Shown: positions 58,292-64,000 of the stretch, piece by piece
Position numbering within the stretch: the stretch's first letter is position 1
Layout: every line of letters begins with the position of its first letter
Assembly (NCBI RefSeq): GCF_009914755.1
Contig: NC_060947.1
Strand: one strand, 5' to 3'
Source of the DNA: the human T2T-CHM13v2.0 reference genome, Homo sapiens
DNA length: 64,000 nt
Notes under the pieces: generated by a model
What the model was told of the DNA's origin: nothing
The model's database searches: none
Seen by the model: the letters and a program-made list of their open reading frames with translations, nothing else
Translations under genes and position numbers: made by a program

Positions 58292-58568
58292 GTGAGACGG
58301 GCCATACTCACAATGGGGGTTGGTGAGAGAAAGTCTGGGATCCTTGCATTTCAAGGAGTATTAACTGAAAAGTTAGGACCCACGCCTCCAAATTCTTTTT
58401 CTTCCTAAGCCTATGGTGTAGACTAAGGATGAGGGGAAGCGTCTTTGGGATTAGTGGGAGCGCTCCGTTTTCCCTACCTATGCCATCTCCTTTTCCGGCC
58501 ACCCTTTGCTACTTAACCTTTGGGGTACTGACTGGTCCACATTGCTCCATCTTCTCTCCCTCTCACAG

Positions 58569-58675
58569 TGGTCGTTGTCAAGGACCGGGAGACTCAGCGG
58601 TCCAGGGGTTTTGGTTTCATCACCTTCACCAACCCAGAGCATGCTTCAGTTGCCATGAGAGCCATGAACGGAGAG
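58569..58675 (+). CDS. RBM3: RBM3 exon 3
   Basis: [20 protein letters not shown]..., with RNP1 RGFGFITF. Confidence 0.97.
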
Positions 58676-58822
58676 GTGGGGCCTCCTATCTGCAGAGGGA
58701 CCTTGTCCCCATCTGCGGCTTCCTTCATTCTTTTTGTTTTTCCCTCTGTGTCTGCTCGGGGCAGCGTGGCCACCAAGCCCCGCAGTGCCCACTCACAGGA
58801 GCATGACTGCCTTTTGTTCTAG

Positions 58823-59091
58823 GGGGTGGAGGGCAGCGGCAGACAGAGCCTGGCCGCCTGGGAGGCGACGACTGGTCCTGCATGAGGCCGAGAAGCCACC
58901 TGTGGATGGTTGACCTGCCTTGGGCTTAGGTAGTAGAGTCTGCAGACCTGTGGGCCTGGCCCGGAGAGGACCTCGTGAGTCTTCTGACATGGACTCTGAA
59001 GCCTCAAACCAAGAGAGGTGTCTGTCTAGCCCTGATAGTCGGGCAGCTTAGAGGAGTGGGGAGGAGAACTCAGCCTGAGTTCAGTCAAGAT
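58823..59091 (+). other. RBM3: RBM3 poison (NMD) cassette exon 3a, long form; boundaries predicted
   Basis: cttttgttctag acceptor and GAT|gtaagt donor; in-frame TGA at 58883-58885; G-rich; fits the known temperature-controlled poison exon. Confidence 0.75.
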
Positions 59092-59321
59092 GTAAGTAGT
59101 AGCAAGGGGAACATGGTGCATTCAGGTCATTTTGTGTGGGATTCTATAGCTCCTGATGAAGCCATTCTGGGGTAAAGGAGCTTATTCTGGAACATGGCAC
59201 CCAGAACCTGGTGCCCAGCAGGAATTTTTGGCCTCTTTTGCCCACTTACCCTTGCCTGCTCTTCCCTCACCATTGCCCTGACTGACTGCCAACCCATCAT
59301 CCTTGTGTCTCCCACACTTAG

Positions 59322-59427
59322 TCTCTGGATGGTCGTCAGATCCGTGTGGATCATGCAGGCAAGTCTGCTCGGGGAACCAGAGGAGGTGGCTTTGGGGCCC
59401 ATGGGCGTGGTCGCAGCTACTCTAGAG
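59322..59427 (+). CDS. RBM3: RBM3 exon 4
   Basis: SLDGRQIRVDHAGKSARGTRGGGFGAHGRGRSYSR. Confidence 0.97.
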
Positions 59428-59515
59428 GTGAGTGCAGTGATCGTTTTGATCATGGGGTGAGAGGGAGAGTTGCCTATGTGTGGACAACTGCCATTTAAAT
59501 ATTTTTCTGCTCTAG

Positions 59516-59612
59516 GTGGTGGGGACCAGGGCTATGGGAGTGGCAGGTATTATGACAGTCGACCTGGAGGGTATGGATATGGATATGGACGTTCCAGAGA
59601 CTATAATGGCAG
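59516..59612 (+). CDS. RBM3: RBM3 exon 5
   Basis: GGGDQGYGSGRYYDSRPGGYGYGYGRSRDYNG. Confidence 0.97.
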
Positions 59613-60033
59613 GTGGGTAGCCAAAGGGCTGGGATGTTCTCCTATTGCTTCCCTCTCCTTAAGAACTCAGCGCCTGGGTGTTCATGCATACCACACCTTG
59701 CTGTTACTAATGTGTACCTAAAATGAGTATGAAATTTAGCATTTTAAGTTAATTGTGTAGTCATATAGTTGCGACATGGTAAAGTATACTATATATGTTG
59801 TGCTGTGTGGGTTATATAACTATATTGCTTTAACATGTAATATGATTTAATATACTGCGTATAAATCGTATGCCATAAAACTGTTTACTGTGATACTCAT
59901 ATGCTTAACATATCCTGTTTTTGATACATAAGGTTTATGTTATGACCCATACTGTAAAATGTGACGCATATAATTACAGTGGTATATATAATGCAGTACC
60001 AGAAAACTTTTGTGTGTTTTTTTTCCCCCCCAG

Positions 60034-60094
60034 AAACCAGGGTGGTTATGACCGCTACTCAGGAGGAAATTACAGAGACAATTATGACAACTGA
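60034..60094 (+). CDS. RBM3: RBM3 exon 6 coding part; exon continues to 60117
   Basis: NQGGYDRYSGGNYRDNYDN-TGA; total CDS 103+107+106+97+61=474 nt = 157 aa. Confidence 0.97.
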
Positions 60095-60472
60095 AATGAG
60101 ACATGCACATAATATAGGTGAGACTTGGATATCGGCATTGAGTGAACCTGTTTGTCACACTCTGTCATGACCCTCTCACCTTTTCTGGCAAGACTGCTCT
60201 GCATTTCTGCTGCCCTCATACCTCACCCAGCCAACCTACCAAACATTCCTAGCTAGGCCTTCCTTGCTCTCAGGTGCATATCAGAGCAAGTTTGCTAGGG
60301 GGTGGGATCTGAAAACCCATCTCCTATAATCTTCTACTCTTGTGTGGGATGGAGGAAATGAAGGTGTGTCCCTGTTGTCCAACCCTCAGCATCTTCATCA
60401 GCTCTAGGAGGTGAGCATGTTGTCAGCTGTTACTTCATGACATCACAATTCTCCCCCTCTTGCTGTTCCCAG

Positions 60473-64000
<3,528 letters not shown>

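Overview
This is human (or near-identical primate) genomic DNA recognisable as the Xp11.23 gene cluster. Four tandem + strand genes are present: the last two exons of PORCN, all of EBP (230 aa), all of TBC1D25/OATL1 (688 aa) and the coding region of RBM3 (157 aa). I reconstructed the exons from GT/AG boundaries and frame arithmetic. The rest is very Alu-dense, with MaLR and HERV-K LTRs, nested Tigger-type DNA transposons, and L1/L2/MIR fragments. Almost all ORFs in the supplied track are Alu or low-complexity artefacts. I found no convincing novel multi-gene system. The most interesting observations are: antisense retrocopies of U13 snoRNA and 5S rRNA inside the TBC1D25 3'UTR; an ancient C-rich minisatellite rich in SRE-like motifs downstream of EBP; a polarised CCAAT array between PORCN and EBP; an apparently L1-derived EBP splice acceptor with a frame-setting T18 tract; a stop-free, in-frame TBC1D25 intron; a 4-unit heat-shock element in the promoter of the cold-shock gene RBM3; and the known RBM3 poison exon. 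Repeat subfamily names come from memory of consensus sequences and need RepeatMasker/Dfam confirmation.
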